Of a DNA stretch of 64,000 nucleotides, positions 45,801 through 54,160 are shown in pieces. The stretch comes from a virus: the IMG/VR virus record IMGVR_UViG_3300007539_000009, positions 1-64,000 of that record; one strand, 5' to 3'. The position numbers and the translations under genes were made by a program. The notes below the pieces were generated by a model. That model saw nothing but the letters and a program-made list of their open reading frames with translations, made no database searches and was not told where the DNA came from. Positions within the stretch are counted from its first letter, which is position 1; each line of letters begins with the position of its first letter.

Positions 45801-46752
45801 TTGGCGACAGTGTTTCGTAGAGCCACAGTGGGCGCGTAAACGCAGTGCCTGTGCCGTTACAGGAGTTCCACCCGGTAACTACCGACTGGTTGGTGTCGTA
45901 GCTACTGACGGTGTCGGTTACTGTGAAGTCACCAGAGGCGGCCGTGACAGTATCGCCGTGTTGTACCACGAGTCCCGTAGGCGACGGGAACTCGATGATC
46001 TGCCACGCAATGTTGCTCGAGTAGCTGGTTGTCTGGTCGTACCGCTCAACGAAAATATCACTGGCGTTGAGAGTCGTTGCCAACGAGCACTGCTCGAGAC
46101 CGTTGCTATCGTGGTCAAACGTAGCGATCAAGAACGACCGAGATGTGTCGACCGTCACACCGGTACTGATCGTGGTGCCGGCGGCCAGGTTACCGCTGAC
46201 GTTGTCATACCCGTGAGTGACCGTGACGCCAGTAGGAGAAGCCCAGGTGACGGCTTCCCACTGAATGAAGTTTCGGTACGTACCGGACGCAGTGGCTCTA
46301 ACCGTAGTCGCGCGACTAGGGCTATCTAGGTGGACTGATACGAAGCCGTCAAACGCTACCGAGCTGTTAGCGGTGTTGTTGACCCACGTAGTCGCGGTCA
46401 AGAACGTGCGGTCAACATCCAGAGGGCTGGAGAAGTTGATTGCGCCTGTTGATGATCCTGTAGCGATAAGCGACAGACCCCTCCGAACAAAGAACTCCTC
46501 TGCATCGCAGGTTACGGCGTAGACACCTACATTGCCCAGAGCAGTGGTCGCAGGTCTTCGAGAGCACTCGATCCCGCTAGGGCTAATCAGCTCAGTACCA
46601 AACGCCCAAGTGTCTGGCCCCTCGTTAGCCGTAGAGGAGTTGCCAGAAGCTCGAGTGATCAAGAACGTTCTCTCTACATCGACAGGACTGATGTGCAGGA
46701 TCGTGCCATCAGTTACCGACGCAGAGCTAACGTACTGAACTGTAATAGACAT
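42895..46752 (-). CDS. Neck/head-closure protein fused to N-terminal fibre-like repeats
   Basis: C-terminal CSCWD..DCPMCFGTGYTEGYYEP..NYPLLRPRDLI head-closure-like domain; N-terminal four ~85-aa units plus about 26 GQD repeats. Confidence 0.75.
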   Translation of the reverse strand: MSITVQYVSSASVTDGTILHISPVDVERTFLITRASGNSSTANEGPDTWAFGTELISPSGIECSRRPATTALGNVGVYAVTCDAEEFFVRRGLSLIATGSSTGAINFSSPLDVDRTFLTATTWVNNTANSSVAFDGFVSVHLDSPSRATTVRATASGTYRNFIQWEAVTWASPTGVTVTHGYDNVSGNLAAGTTISTGVTVDTSRSFLIATFDHDSNGLEQCSLATTLNASDIFVERYDQTTSYSSNIAWQIIEFPSPTGLVVQHGDTVTAASGDFTVTDTVSSYDTNQSVVTGWNSCNGTGTAFTRPLWLYETLSPTAVQFRRIRSGQDSEIRYQVIDFSGFTYSPPGVGAFTLTADQQTYTLTGQDTAFARGLTLTADQQTYTLTGQDAALNRGLTLLADEGTFSLVGQDLAFARGLSVVADSGSFTLSGQDAALTAERALLAQQQSYALTGQDAALNRGVTLAADQATFVLAGQDAALTRDAVLVSNDASFTVSGQQADLAAARVIDAAQASYSLAGQDTDFILGLSLTAEQATFTLSGQDAGLAASFELVAEQQSYTLTGQDTAFDLALRIVAEQAAFAVEGQAAVLTRAALLTADQASYTFTGQDAGLLFDDLFIAEVGVFALSGQDATLSVVRRLTADLGTYVVTGQDAALAVGVSLIAEVGSFALTGQDAGFLRALLFTAEQTTFALTGQDAALSRGLLLAADQSTYTVAGQPILFGFGLLAEQATFTLTGFEAAFLNDESLAAEVATFTLTGQGADLRRAAQLGASPASFAVSGQDALFLLGEVFVADTATFVVTGQPGLFRLTVVNDTGTFVVTGQDATVAKAVSLEAELGTYVVAGQDALFPVGEILVADEGLFTAAGQDAALSRQLRLTAETANYYVDGQVADLRYARALFLIAESSALLVAGQSAELAREAYLGAGTVVFNATGVDSLGNQFPDTPSFPQAVNFQLRPASGGIFYYFFIGDRAYSVTGQAAELTVVQSITGAPPTRMRLDNICVYQQDAQSQLIGWNLWTVGNENPNTAQVRIDRAYSENGTYEQIDLVPALNQFYLDSTVNVSDLWRRPFYRLQLVVNNSALPAYDPVRLDGDITGPAINAMRASQVLVRQGGSPVLVFQRRFAEDRCSCWDAVMQKSSDPDCPMCFGTGYTEGYYEPIATLAVIDPESKQNTPGDITRQDTVTRAMMANYPLLRPRDLIHETNQGGWYRVGGITPAEYKRVLVNQSFSLTRINPSDIETTLEVPDLSTLNPILIRAVPGKTTFANAPSAGSPNLGILSVDF
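43990..45700 (-). repeat. About 26 tandem ~22-aa LxAxxxx(F/Y)xLxGQDAxL repeats
   Basis: Counted in translation; exact 38-nt duplication at 45587-45624 and 45653-45690 (66-nt period). Confidence 0.9.
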
Positions 46753-46759
46753 GGGCTCT

Positions 46760-46807
46760 AAACGAACGTGGGCGCGGCACCACCGTTAGGTAGCAGCCAC
46801 GCCCACG
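46760..46807 (-). terminator. Possible partial terminator or processing hairpin
   Basis: Minus strand cgtgggcgtggc/gccgcgcccacg followed by ttcgttt. Confidence 0.4.
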
Positions 46808-46825
46808 ACTTTGCAGCAGCAGCGA

Positions 46826-47242
46826 TCAGGCGATCTGCAGTAGACCGTTGGCGTCGCTGAAGTCGATCGTCAGACTCTCGCCGTCACCAAGCGTGAGTGC
46901 TGAGCCGTAGTCGTACCAACCAATCAGCGGGTCCGCCGGCGACGTAGGACCGTCGTTGTAGATGACTACGTACTGGAACGGACCAGTAGACCCCCCAGAC
47001 GATGTCATCGTCAGGTCCGCCAGCGTCAGCTGATAGGTACCTGATGTCTGGGTGCTATCACTGGTGGTGATGTTGCGCGAGCTCAGGTTCGTGTATGCGA
47101 TCTGAGTGATGTTCGCCAGCACCGTGTTGGTAGCAACAGGGGCGGAGTTTGTCAGCGCAACAACTAGCTGATCAGTTGCTAGATCGTGAACACCGTGGGC
47201 GATGTCCTCAACGAACTGGTTGAACTTGTTGAACGTTGCCAT
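46826..47242 (-). CDS. Conserved phage virion protein (MATFNKFN..VHDL..LIGWYDYG family)
   Basis: Recognisable phage family that, as recalled, neighbours GQD-repeat genes. Confidence 0.75.
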   Translation of the reverse strand: MATFNKFNQFVEDIAHGVHDLATDQLVVALTNSAPVATNTVLANITQIAYTNLSSRNITTSDSTQTSGTYQLTLADLTMTSSGGSTGPFQYVVIYNDGPTSPADPLIGWYDYGSALTLGDGESLTIDFSDANGLLQIA

Positions 47243-47778
47243 CAGTTGCTCTTCTTAGAGAATGCGCGATGCGCCATGTTCGTGGCCGCCATGCCAGCCA
47301 GACCGGCGACCACGCCGCGTGCGCCGCCTCCGATCCTACTACCTTTCCGCACCTTAGGCGTGTGCGGGTCTATGTAGCCGATCTGCTTAGTCTTAGCCAG
47401 TCGGTCCGCCACCGGGGTGTGTGTAATGGTGGCTGATGTAGGCTTACTTACCGGTGCTCCTGCCGCATGCGCATCGCTCAGGTTCATGTGGCGCCGAATG
47501 TCGGTTAGCCTGGTCTTCTGCTGGTGACTCCTTGCTGCAGATGCGACGCCAGCACGGACTTTGTTCTCTCCGTACCTGAGCGTATTGCGCGCAGCCACGA
47601 GTGCGCGGCCCGGCTTGTTGGTCCAAGCGCTCACGTTGGGGTTTGCTCGGTGGGCTGTGTAAGCAGTCCCAGCAGCAGCAGCACCGCCTAACGCAGTTGC
47701 CGCTGCTCTGCCCTTACTGCTATCGTCATCAGCAGCTAACTTGGTCAGCTCGTCGATGAATGCGTCTAGGTAGTTCAT
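47242..47778 (-). CDS. Basic protein with DELxKxA leader
   Basis: FIDELTKLAA; Arg/Lys/Ala-rich with hydrophobic Gly/Ala segments. Confidence 0.75.
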   Translation of the reverse strand: MNYLDAFIDELTKLAADDDSSKGRAAATALGGAAAAGTAYTAHRANPNVSAWTNKPGRALVAARNTLRYGENKVRAGVASAARSHQQKTRLTDIRRHMNLSDAHAAGAPVSKPTSATITHTPVADRLAKTKQIGYIDPHTPKVRKGSRIGGGARGVVAGLAGMAATNMAHRAFSKKSN

Positions 47779-47801
47779 TGGTTTGGCGATATTGCTTGAG
47801 G

Positions 47802-48353
47802 TCAGATGATGAAGTACAGGTTGTCGCCGTCGTACCCGTCGTAGTACTCGGTCTGACCCGCACGGTAGCCTCCATCACCGTAGGCAACTGAAATGTTCTG
47901 GCCTACTTTGAACTGGGTCTTCTTGTTTTCGTACTCAGCGCTCCACTCAGACACGATGGCCTGCAGGTTGCGCCAAACGGCGTTAGGCTGCGCGTTGACG
48001 TTACCAGCTGTATACGGCATGTCATTCCGCGCGAGCTTGAGGATCGTGGAGCGCAGCAAGCGCACAGCAGAGCCGAGCTGAATGATCGGTCGAGCCCCGT
48101 GGAACCGGTTGTTGGTCACCAGATCCAGGGGCTCAAGCCGATCGGACAGGAGCGGGGGAGTGCCGTTCCAGTCCTCAATAGTGTCGAGGATGTACCGCGC
48201 GATCTTCTCGTTCGAGTTCTCCTCGCCGTCGAACAGCTCGTTGGTCTGCGCGTAGTCCTGCACCATCGACCGGACCATGCGAATCATGATCGTCGGGATG
48301 GGAATACCCTGCTCAGTTGCAGTGCGGTAGGAGCTGTACGACGGCTCAACCAT
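47802..48353 (-). CDS. Head-tail adaptor (putative)
   Basis: VQDYAQTNELFDGEE..YILDTIEDWNGTPP; helical; downstream of MCP. Confidence 0.55.
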   Translation of the reverse strand: MVEPSYSSYRTATEQGIPIPTIMIRMVRSMVQDYAQTNELFDGEENSNEKIARYILDTIEDWNGTPPLLSDRLEPLDLVTNNRFHGARPIIQLGSAVRLLRSTILKLARNDMPYTAGNVNAQPNAVWRNLQAIVSEWSAEYENKKTQFKVGQNISVAYGDGGYRAGQTEYYDGYDGDNLYFII

Positions 48354-48949
48354 TACAGCTCGAGGTCCAGCTCCTCTTCGTCGTCTTGGTCGTCAAGCAG
48401 GCTGACGTCAAGCTCGTCCAACTGAACGAGCTCTTCGATGATGTCACGCTTGTTGAGCGCTGTGCTCAGTCGCAGACCGTGCACTTCAGCGAGCGTCAAG
48501 AGCTCAGCTTTGGTGTGGGTCCGCAGCTCTGTCACCAGCTCCGCCTGTCGTTCGACCTCCGGGTCTACCTCGGGCTCGACTACCGGCTCAGGTGCGGGTG
48601 TCGGCTCCGGTTCAACTACCGGTTCCGGCTCGGTCACCGGCTCAGGCGCGGGTGCCGGTTTGGGTGCTGCTGCTGCGCGCTTGGGCCGCTCCGTCGGAGC
48701 TTGGATAGCCGTCTTGGCTACGCCCTTGGCGTGCATGACACGCACCGCTGTCTCCGGCAGCACGTCTACACCGATGTACTCGAGCACGCGAGTACGCGAA
48801 TCCATGATTGCGATCTGGGGACCAAATCGCTGCATGAACTTGTGAGTGAGGCGGTCCCGGCGGACCTTGCGGTAGCGCTGCGGTCCGATGTCAATGTCCG
48901 GCAGTTTGCCGGTGATGCCGAAGTTGCCGACTGTTACGACGCTACCCAT
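48353..48949 (-). CDS. Protein with Pro/Glu linker and C-terminal HeH/Rho-N-like domain
   Basis: PAPEPVTEPEP.. repeats; TKAELLTLAEVHGL..LNKRDIIEEL. Confidence 0.7.
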   Translation of the reverse strand: MGSVVTVGNFGITGKLPDIDIGPQRYRKVRRDRLTHKFMQRFGPQIAIMDSRTRVLEYIGVDVLPETAVRVMHAKGVAKTAIQAPTERPKRAAAAPKPAPAPEPVTEPEPVVEPEPTPAPEPVVEPEVDPEVERQAELVTELRTHTKAELLTLAEVHGLRLSTALNKRDIIEELVQLDELDVSLLDDQDDEEELDLEL

Positions 48950-48967
48950 TGTTCTGTGTAGTGGGGT

Positions 48968-49014
48968 AAAGGAAAGGGGCCCCGCAGACGGGGAACGTCC
49001 GTCTACGAGGCCCC
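48968..49014 (-). terminator. Terminator downstream of major capsid gene
   Basis: Minus strand ggggcctcgtagacgg..ccgtctgcggggcccc followed by tttccttt. Confidence 0.7.
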
Positions 49015-49040
49015 GTAGGTCACATCAGATCCGGATCAGA

Positions 49041-50321
49041 TCACTCGTTGAACGGGTTGCCCGGATCGTTGTAGAAGGTGAAGGTACCGGTCGTGTTGAG
49101 CGCGGTGCCTGCACTGTTCTGGAACAGGTTCGGCATGTCGATCGAAGCGCCCGACAGCAGGATGCTACCGATGCCCTTGATGTTGCCGAAGCCCATGCCG
49201 ACTTCTTCCCACGCCTCGAACTCGATGAAGCGACCGCGCTTGTCGATGAAGAAGCGCGTGCCCTCGAGCAGGAGGAAGCGACCGAGGAACTCGGGAGCCG
49301 GGAACGAGAACATCTGACCGGGCTGGACGATGTTCGGGTTGTCGCGGACCGTGGTGACGAAGGTGTACCCACCGACAGTGGTGTACTTGTAACCGTCACG
49401 CGTGATCTCGCTGGTGATCTCGAGGCCAGCCTCGGTATCAGACCATGCGATCGTGTCAGTCCAGTCGACCTCGTGCAGGAGGAAGACACGGCCCTTCATC
49501 TCGCGAGCGGGCTGGACCTTCATGAGGTCACGCAGCACGTTGCGGTCGAACTCCGTAGCCGTGGAGGTCAGGAAGTTCGAGAAGACCGCGTTCGCCGGGT
49601 TGTAGTTCGGGTGCGTGGCGTCGAAGTCCGCATCCCAACCGTGCGTGGCCGGAGCGCCGGCACTCGGGCTCAGGGCACCACCGTCACCGACAGCACCGGA
49701 GGTACCGGCGTTAGCGACGTTACGGGTGTAGATGTAGGAGGCGAAGGAGTACTTCGAGTTGAAGTTCTTGCCAGTCGCCTGGGCCATATCGTCACCCTCG
49801 TGGGTGACGGTCCCGCGATCGACCAGGGTGTTCATGCGACGGCGGGTCGCGAGGAACACAGCAGTCCGGACGTGATCCATGAAGATCTTGTCCTCTTGCT
49901 CCTGGATGTCCTTGACGGTGTTCTGCTCGAGAACCTTCGTCAGGGGCATGCGGTAGGAGCGAAGTTCGGACTCGCTCTTCTGGAACTTGTCGGAGCTGAT
50001 CGTGGTGAAGCGGATCTCGTACCGCTTCGCCTCGATGTAGGTCTTCGACGGCTCGCCACGCATGTTGATCTGCATGGCCAGCGAATCGGGCTCGATGTCG
50101 TCGATGTACGACAGGCCCTCATCGGTCGTGTTGCGGGTGAGCTCTGCGGTGGTGACTACCTGCGGGGGAAGCACACGACGAGCGAAGCTGTTTTCACGGA
50201 GCTTGTCCTGGATGTAGGAGCCCGTGACCTCAGCGGTCTTCTCGAGTGCGTCTCCGCCACGGTTGATCGCCTCACCGAAGAGAGAGTTGAACTCATCCGC
50301 GTTAAGCTGGAAATCGCTCAT
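49041..50321 (-). CDS. Major capsid protein
   Basis: 426 aa, extreme codon bias, strong terminator; KLRENSFARRVLPP..KDIQEQED; follows protease, scaffold and decoration genes. Confidence 0.8.
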   Translation of the reverse strand: MSDFQLNADEFNSLFGEAINRGGDALEKTAEVTGSYIQDKLRENSFARRVLPPQVVTTAELTRNTTDEGLSYIDDIEPDSLAMQINMRGEPSKTYIEAKRYEIRFTTISSDKFQKSESELRSYRMPLTKVLEQNTVKDIQEQEDKIFMDHVRTAVFLATRRRMNTLVDRGTVTHEGDDMAQATGKNFNSKYSFASYIYTRNVANAGTSGAVGDGGALSPSAGAPATHGWDADFDATHPNYNPANAVFSNFLTSTATEFDRNVLRDLMKVQPAREMKGRVFLLHEVDWTDTIAWSDTEAGLEITSEITRDGYKYTTVGGYTFVTTVRDNPNIVQPGQMFSFPAPEFLGRFLLLEGTRFFIDKRGRFIEFEAWEEVGMGFGNIKGIGSILLSGASIDMPNLFQNSAGTALNTTGTFTFYNDPGNPFNE

Positions 50322-50367
50322 CTGTCTTGAGTGGTGGTCAGTTGTGGAAGGAGGGTGTCAGTTCAGA

Positions 50368-50898
50368 TCAGGCGAGCGCCGGAGCCGTGAACGGACGTGA
50401 GTGGAAGTCGAAGAACGCGTAACCACCCTCGACACGCGTGATGGTGCCGTAGTAGTAGTCGCCTGCGTTGTACGCCTCGGCATCGAACTTGCCGCTGGTG
50501 GCGATGAACACGCCCTGACCAACGGTCGGAAGCACGGCGTCGTTCCAGGAGCCCGCCGGGAGGCCGATCTCGAAAGCACCCGAACCCTGGATGCCGGTCA
50601 GACCGCCACCTTGGATCGAACGCGTCGGAGCGCCGGCATCAGTCGGGTCCGTCTGGCTGAACTGGATGTCCGTGCGACCGGAGTCGACGAAGTTGACCAG
50701 AACGCGGATGTCCGGGGCGGTAGCACCAGAGGCGGTACCGGTGGGAGCAGCTGCGTAGCCAGTGGAGGCAACGACGAAGGGTTCACCTTCGGCGATGTCG
50801 AACGAGCCGTCGTACTTGACGGCCTGCAGGTTGACGCTGGTGAGCTTCGCGTTGAGCGCGACCGTGCTCTGCGTCTTGCGAATTTCGCTAGTAGCCAT
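50368..50898 (-). CDS. Capsid decoration/cement protein (putative)
   Basis: 176 aa, beta-rich, biased codons, immediately upstream of MCP. Confidence 0.55.
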   Translation of the reverse strand: MATSEIRKTQSTVALNAKLTSVNLQAVKYDGSFDIAEGEPFVVASTGYAAAPTGTASGATAPDIRVLVNFVDSGRTDIQFSQTDPTDAGAPTRSIQGGGLTGIQGSGAFEIGLPAGSWNDAVLPTVGQGVFIATSGKFDAEAYNAGDYYYGTITRVEGGYAFFDFHSRPFTAPALA

Positions 50899-50904
50899 GG
50901 TTTG

Positions 50905-51273
50905 TTACTCGGGGTTGAGTGCTGTCCGAAGTCCAGTGATCAGCCGGGCTTCGGCCGATGCACCAGACGCAGAGTCACCAGTACCAGTGTGGTCCAGTGC
51001 TCCGACGTCTGCTGAACCGAATCCGAGAGCAGCGGCCTGCTTGACGAGAGCGATGCTCTCGGGGTTGGTGCGGTATTCCGCAACCTTCTCTGTCATGTCC
51101 GCAGGATCAACCAATCCGTCCTCCACGAGCGCCATAACGCCGCGATAAACCTCCAGATCTTGCTGAAGGGCCGCAACCTCGGCTCGGGCGCTATCGCGCT
51201 CAGCAGCCTGCTTGCACAGAGCGTCACGAAGACTCTCCAGCAGGTCGATTCGGACTTGGACGGTCTTACCCAC
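50905..51273 (-). CDS. Scaffold-like coiled-coil protein with K-x-A motifs
   Basis: CKQAA, EKVAE, VKQAA. Confidence 0.65.
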   Translation of the reverse strand: MGKTVQVRIDLLESLRDALCKQAAERDSARAEVAALQQDLEVYRGVMALVEDGLVDPADMTEKVAEYRTNPESIALVKQAAALGFGSADVGALDHTGTGDSASGASAEARLITGLRTALNPE

Positions 51274-51275
51274 GT

Positions 51276-51488
51276 TCAGGTGGCTTTGGAGAGGAGGTCG
51301 ATTGCAAGCGCGAGCTTGGCTACGCCGGTACGGCTCGACTCGGTCGAAGCCGCCTGCTTTGCCAAAGTCTCGTCGATCTCGCGGGTGAGCTCCTCTTCTT
51401 GTTCCGCTGAGGAAGGCTCAGCCTCGATAGGGGCTTTGCCTGCCTCAACGGCAACCTTGAGAAGCTCGTCTAGGGAAGAGAACTGCAT
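51276..51488 (-). CDS. Small prohead protein with DELLKxA leader
   Basis: SLDELLKVAV, AKQAAS. Confidence 0.6.
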   Translation of the reverse strand: MQFSSLDELLKVAVEAGKAPIEAEPSSAEQEEELTREIDETLAKQAASTESSRTGVAKLALAIDLLSKAT

Positions 51489-51502
51489 CGCTCAGTAGAG
51501 CG

Positions 51503-52003
51503 TCAGCGGCTCTCTTCGTCTTCGCCCAGGATCTCAGCAGTCAGCTGCGCCAGGTGGCGACCGAAAGCCTCTTGCTCGTCCTCGGCAATCTTCTCGAGAT
51601 CGTCGACGGTGACACCAAGCTCAGCGAGGCGCTGACCGAGGACGCGACCCAGGCCGATGACCTGTTCCGCCGCCTCTTTGTTGAGCTCTTCGTCGCCGAA
51701 GTCGGGGCCTTCTTCTACGTCTTCGTAGTAGCCCTCTTCGCTGGCCTCTTTGACCTGCTCGTCGTCCTCGAAGGAGGCTTCGACAAGGTCAACGGCCAGA
51801 GAGAACTGCTCCGAGCGCGACAGGTCGGACGAAAGCGAGCCTTCCTCCATGGCCTGCTTGACGATATCGGTAGCCTCCGACAGGCGAGCAATGCGATTCT
51901 CATCGCCGGCCCAGGCTTCTTCGACTGCGGCGATCTTGGCCAGCAGCTCTTCTTCGACTTGAGCTTCGCGGCGCTCAGCCAGGTAGTTACTGAATGAGGT
52001 CAT
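51503..52003 (-). CDS. Acidic scaffold-like protein with K-x-A motifs
   Basis: AKIAA, VKEAS, NKEAA, EKIAE. Confidence 0.7.
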   Translation of the reverse strand: MTSFSNYLAERREAQVEEELLAKIAAVEEAWAGDENRIARLSEATDIVKQAMEEGSLSSDLSRSEQFSLAVDLVEASFEDDEQVKEASEEGYYEDVEEGPDFGDEELNKEAAEQVIGLGRVLGQRLAELGVTVDDLEKIAEDEQEAFGRHLAQLTAEILGEDEESR

Positions 52004-52039
52004 TGGTTCAGTGCGCTTGAGGTTGCGGCGGACAGTAGA

Positions 52040-52447
52040 TCAGGCGCCCGCTTTGGGGAGGTTCCGCTGCGGGTTGACGACCGGTGCCGGGTTGCCCGAG
52101 ATCGCGCCGTCTTCTTCAGCACGAACGCTGGTATCGTCGCCCGGTGCGTGGGCTTCGCCCTTGAGCAGACCGATCTTCTTCGCCGTAGCGTGGACCGGAC
52201 CCTCCGGGATGGCGATACCGCGACCGCCAGCCGGAACGCCAGCAGCGAGCTTCTCGATCATGTGCGAAACAGCAGCTTCGCCAAACTCACGACCTGCGGC
52301 CTGTAGGTCCTCCGCGAGTTTGTCCATGGTGTCTTCGTCAGCGGTGGTCGCTTCGGTAGCCGCGTCCGAACCTTCCGAGGCGGTCTTCTCGACCTCGTCA
52401 GCTTCAGCTGCGAACCGCTTGAACAGGTCTTCGATGTTCTGTGACAT
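52040..52447 (-). CDS. Scaffold-like protein with K-x-A motifs
   Basis: EKTAS, DKLAE, EKLAA. Confidence 0.7.
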   Translation of the reverse strand: MSQNIEDLFKRFAAEADEVEKTASEGSDAATEATTADEDTMDKLAEDLQAAGREFGEAAVSHMIEKLAAGVPAGGRGIAIPEGPVHATAKKIGLLKGEAHAPGDDTSVRAEEDGAISGNPAPVVNPQRNLPKAGA

Positions 52448-52454
52448 GGTTGGT

Positions 52455-53828
52455 TCAGATTGCGGTTGCCAGGAATGGCATCCAGTTGGGAACCGAGCTC
52501 GATGCTCGGGGTACAGTGAAAGCTGCGTCTACGCCGTTTCGCTGCAACGCGAAGCGGATGATCGGGTCTCTCTCCTGTAGCGCAGCAAACTTCTCCAAGT
52601 CTATCTGACGCAGCAGGTTACGGTACCGATCGTGCCCGTAGGCAGACGCAGTTTTTACTAGGGCGAAATGAGAGAGCTGGCTCGCGGTGCGCCTGGTGAA
52701 GTACGGATCGAACATCGACCGCTTCTCCAGATGCGGCTCCAAAGCCATTACCAGTGTGCGGTTAGGAGAAGCCAGCGGCAACGGATCTGAGATTTGAGTC
52801 TCTCCAGCCACTTTCTCGTACTCGTCATTCGTCAGATAGATCCCTAACGACACGCAAGCGCGCAGGGCTTCCTGTGCTCCAGCGTTGGCCAGTTTCTCGA
52901 GTACACCGGCCGGGAGCGGCTTAATGTATGTGAGGTCCTGGTGGGCTGACTTTTTCACGAAGTCGACCAGGCGGGGGTCGGTATCCGACTTCTTGGCAGG
53001 AACTGACTTAGCCACAGGCTCCATCGGCATGTCCTTCCGTATCTCGGACTTCTTGGACAGCGAAGCGCTGGCTACTTTGCGGATCGACCACGCGCTGCGA
53101 TCGGCCGGTGTGAGCACCCGGGAGATATCGAAGAAGCGCGGGAAATCGTTGTACGCGTAAACACGGCGACCATCAGGGAGCATCCTCCCCAGCCAGTTTT
53201 TTAGGTGGTCGCAGTAGTCGGCGCGCTGCTTAGCCGGGTTGCCGCAGATGCTGCAACGGTCGTAAGGCAGCTTAGCGCCCATTGACCACGGGACCGGTGT
53301 ACCGTCGTCAATCATCTTGACGACGTCAGGCGCGTGCTTTGTGCGGACGAACACAATCAGCTCGACCCGCTTCATCTTGTCGTTGTATGCGCTGGCGATC
53401 ACATCGCCGATCGACTTCGCAGGGTCTTTGTTCTCGTGGAACTTGTAGACGTGCGCGTAACGCGGGAACGTGTGCTCGCCGTACGCTTCTTTGGGCGGGA
53501 TGACGATGTTCGGGTACTTCTTCCGAACGCGATCATTGATGTAGCGTGCGATGTCGCTAGGCGGATCCATAGCCTTGAGGCTCCACTCCGGGAATGCGTC
53601 CCCGTTGCGGTTATGGCCCCAAGTCTCGCACGCACCTAACGCGTTCAACAGGACGTAGCGCCCGTCTTGGCGCGGCTTCAGCTGCTCAGCTACACGCAGT
53701 AGCGACTCAGGTGTTGAGTCAGCAGATGCGATCTTGTCGAACGTCGAGCCGTGCACAAGGCTGTAGTCAGGGCCCCAATCGTGGTAGCCGCCTACATCGA
53801 ACGTCTTGCCTGAGGTTGCGAAGCTCAC
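52455..53828 (-). CDS. Prohead maturation protease (HK97/assemblin-like fold) with zinc-finger insert
   Basis: FHENKD..IGDV (His), WSMG (Ser), CSICGN..CDH, FFDISRVLTPAD (EvSxVxxPA-like). Confidence 0.7.
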   Translation of the reverse strand: MSFATSGKTFDVGGYHDWGPDYSLVHGSTFDKIASADSTPESLLRVAEQLKPRQDGRYVLLNALGACETWGHNRNGDAFPEWSLKAMDPPSDIARYINDRVRKKYPNIVIPPKEAYGEHTFPRYAHVYKFHENKDPAKSIGDVIASAYNDKMKRVELIVFVRTKHAPDVVKMIDDGTPVPWSMGAKLPYDRCSICGNPAKQRADYCDHLKNWLGRMLPDGRRVYAYNDFPRFFDISRVLTPADRSAWSIRKVASASLSKKSEIRKDMPMEPVAKSVPAKKSDTDPRLVDFVKKSAHQDLTYIKPLPAGVLEKLANAGAQEALRACVSLGIYLTNDEYEKVAGETQISDPLPLASPNRTLVMALEPHLEKRSMFDPYFTRRTASQLSHFALVKTASAYGHDRYRNLLRQIDLEKFAALQERDPIIRFALQRNGVDAAFTVPRASSSVPNWMPFLATAI

Positions 53829-54160
53829 TTTTTGTTGCGCTCTTTCATCCTACGCCTGTGCGAACTGTAAGCGCGCACAATGTCCTCGTTAGCACGTAGT
53901 AGTGACCCAATAGCCTTCCCTCGGCTCGACCCGAGCTTGCTGAGCTCGTCAGCGAACCCGCAGAGCATTGCGTACTTAGCCGGCCCTTCTACGCCTCGAT
54001 AGTTGCGGTGCTTGCGAGAGTGCTTGCGCTGGTAGCTTTCTCGATTCTCGAGATGACCGGTTTGCGGGCCTGCTCGACGAGTATCTGATTCGTCTTGCTG
54101 ACGATAGACGGGAGGAGCACCGCCCGGGTCGGTGATGGCGGTGTACTGATACTCGGCCAT
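53825..54160 (-). CDS. Small basic protein with internal DELSKLG motif
   Basis: GFADELSKLGS; Arg/Lys-rich. Confidence 0.65.
   Translation of the reverse strand: MAEYQYTAITDPGGAPPVYRQQDESDTRRAGPQTGHLENRESYQRKHSRKHRNYRGVEGPAKYAMLCGFADELSKLGSSRGKAIGSLLRANEDIVRAYSSHRRRMKERNKK

Noticed and set aside
48888-50330. Long antisense ORFs (e.g. 48888..50330, 5399..6385, 17203..18105, 2143..2892)
   Set aside because: These are mirror ORFs expected from GC-rich biased codons on the opposite strand, with no recognisable motifs.
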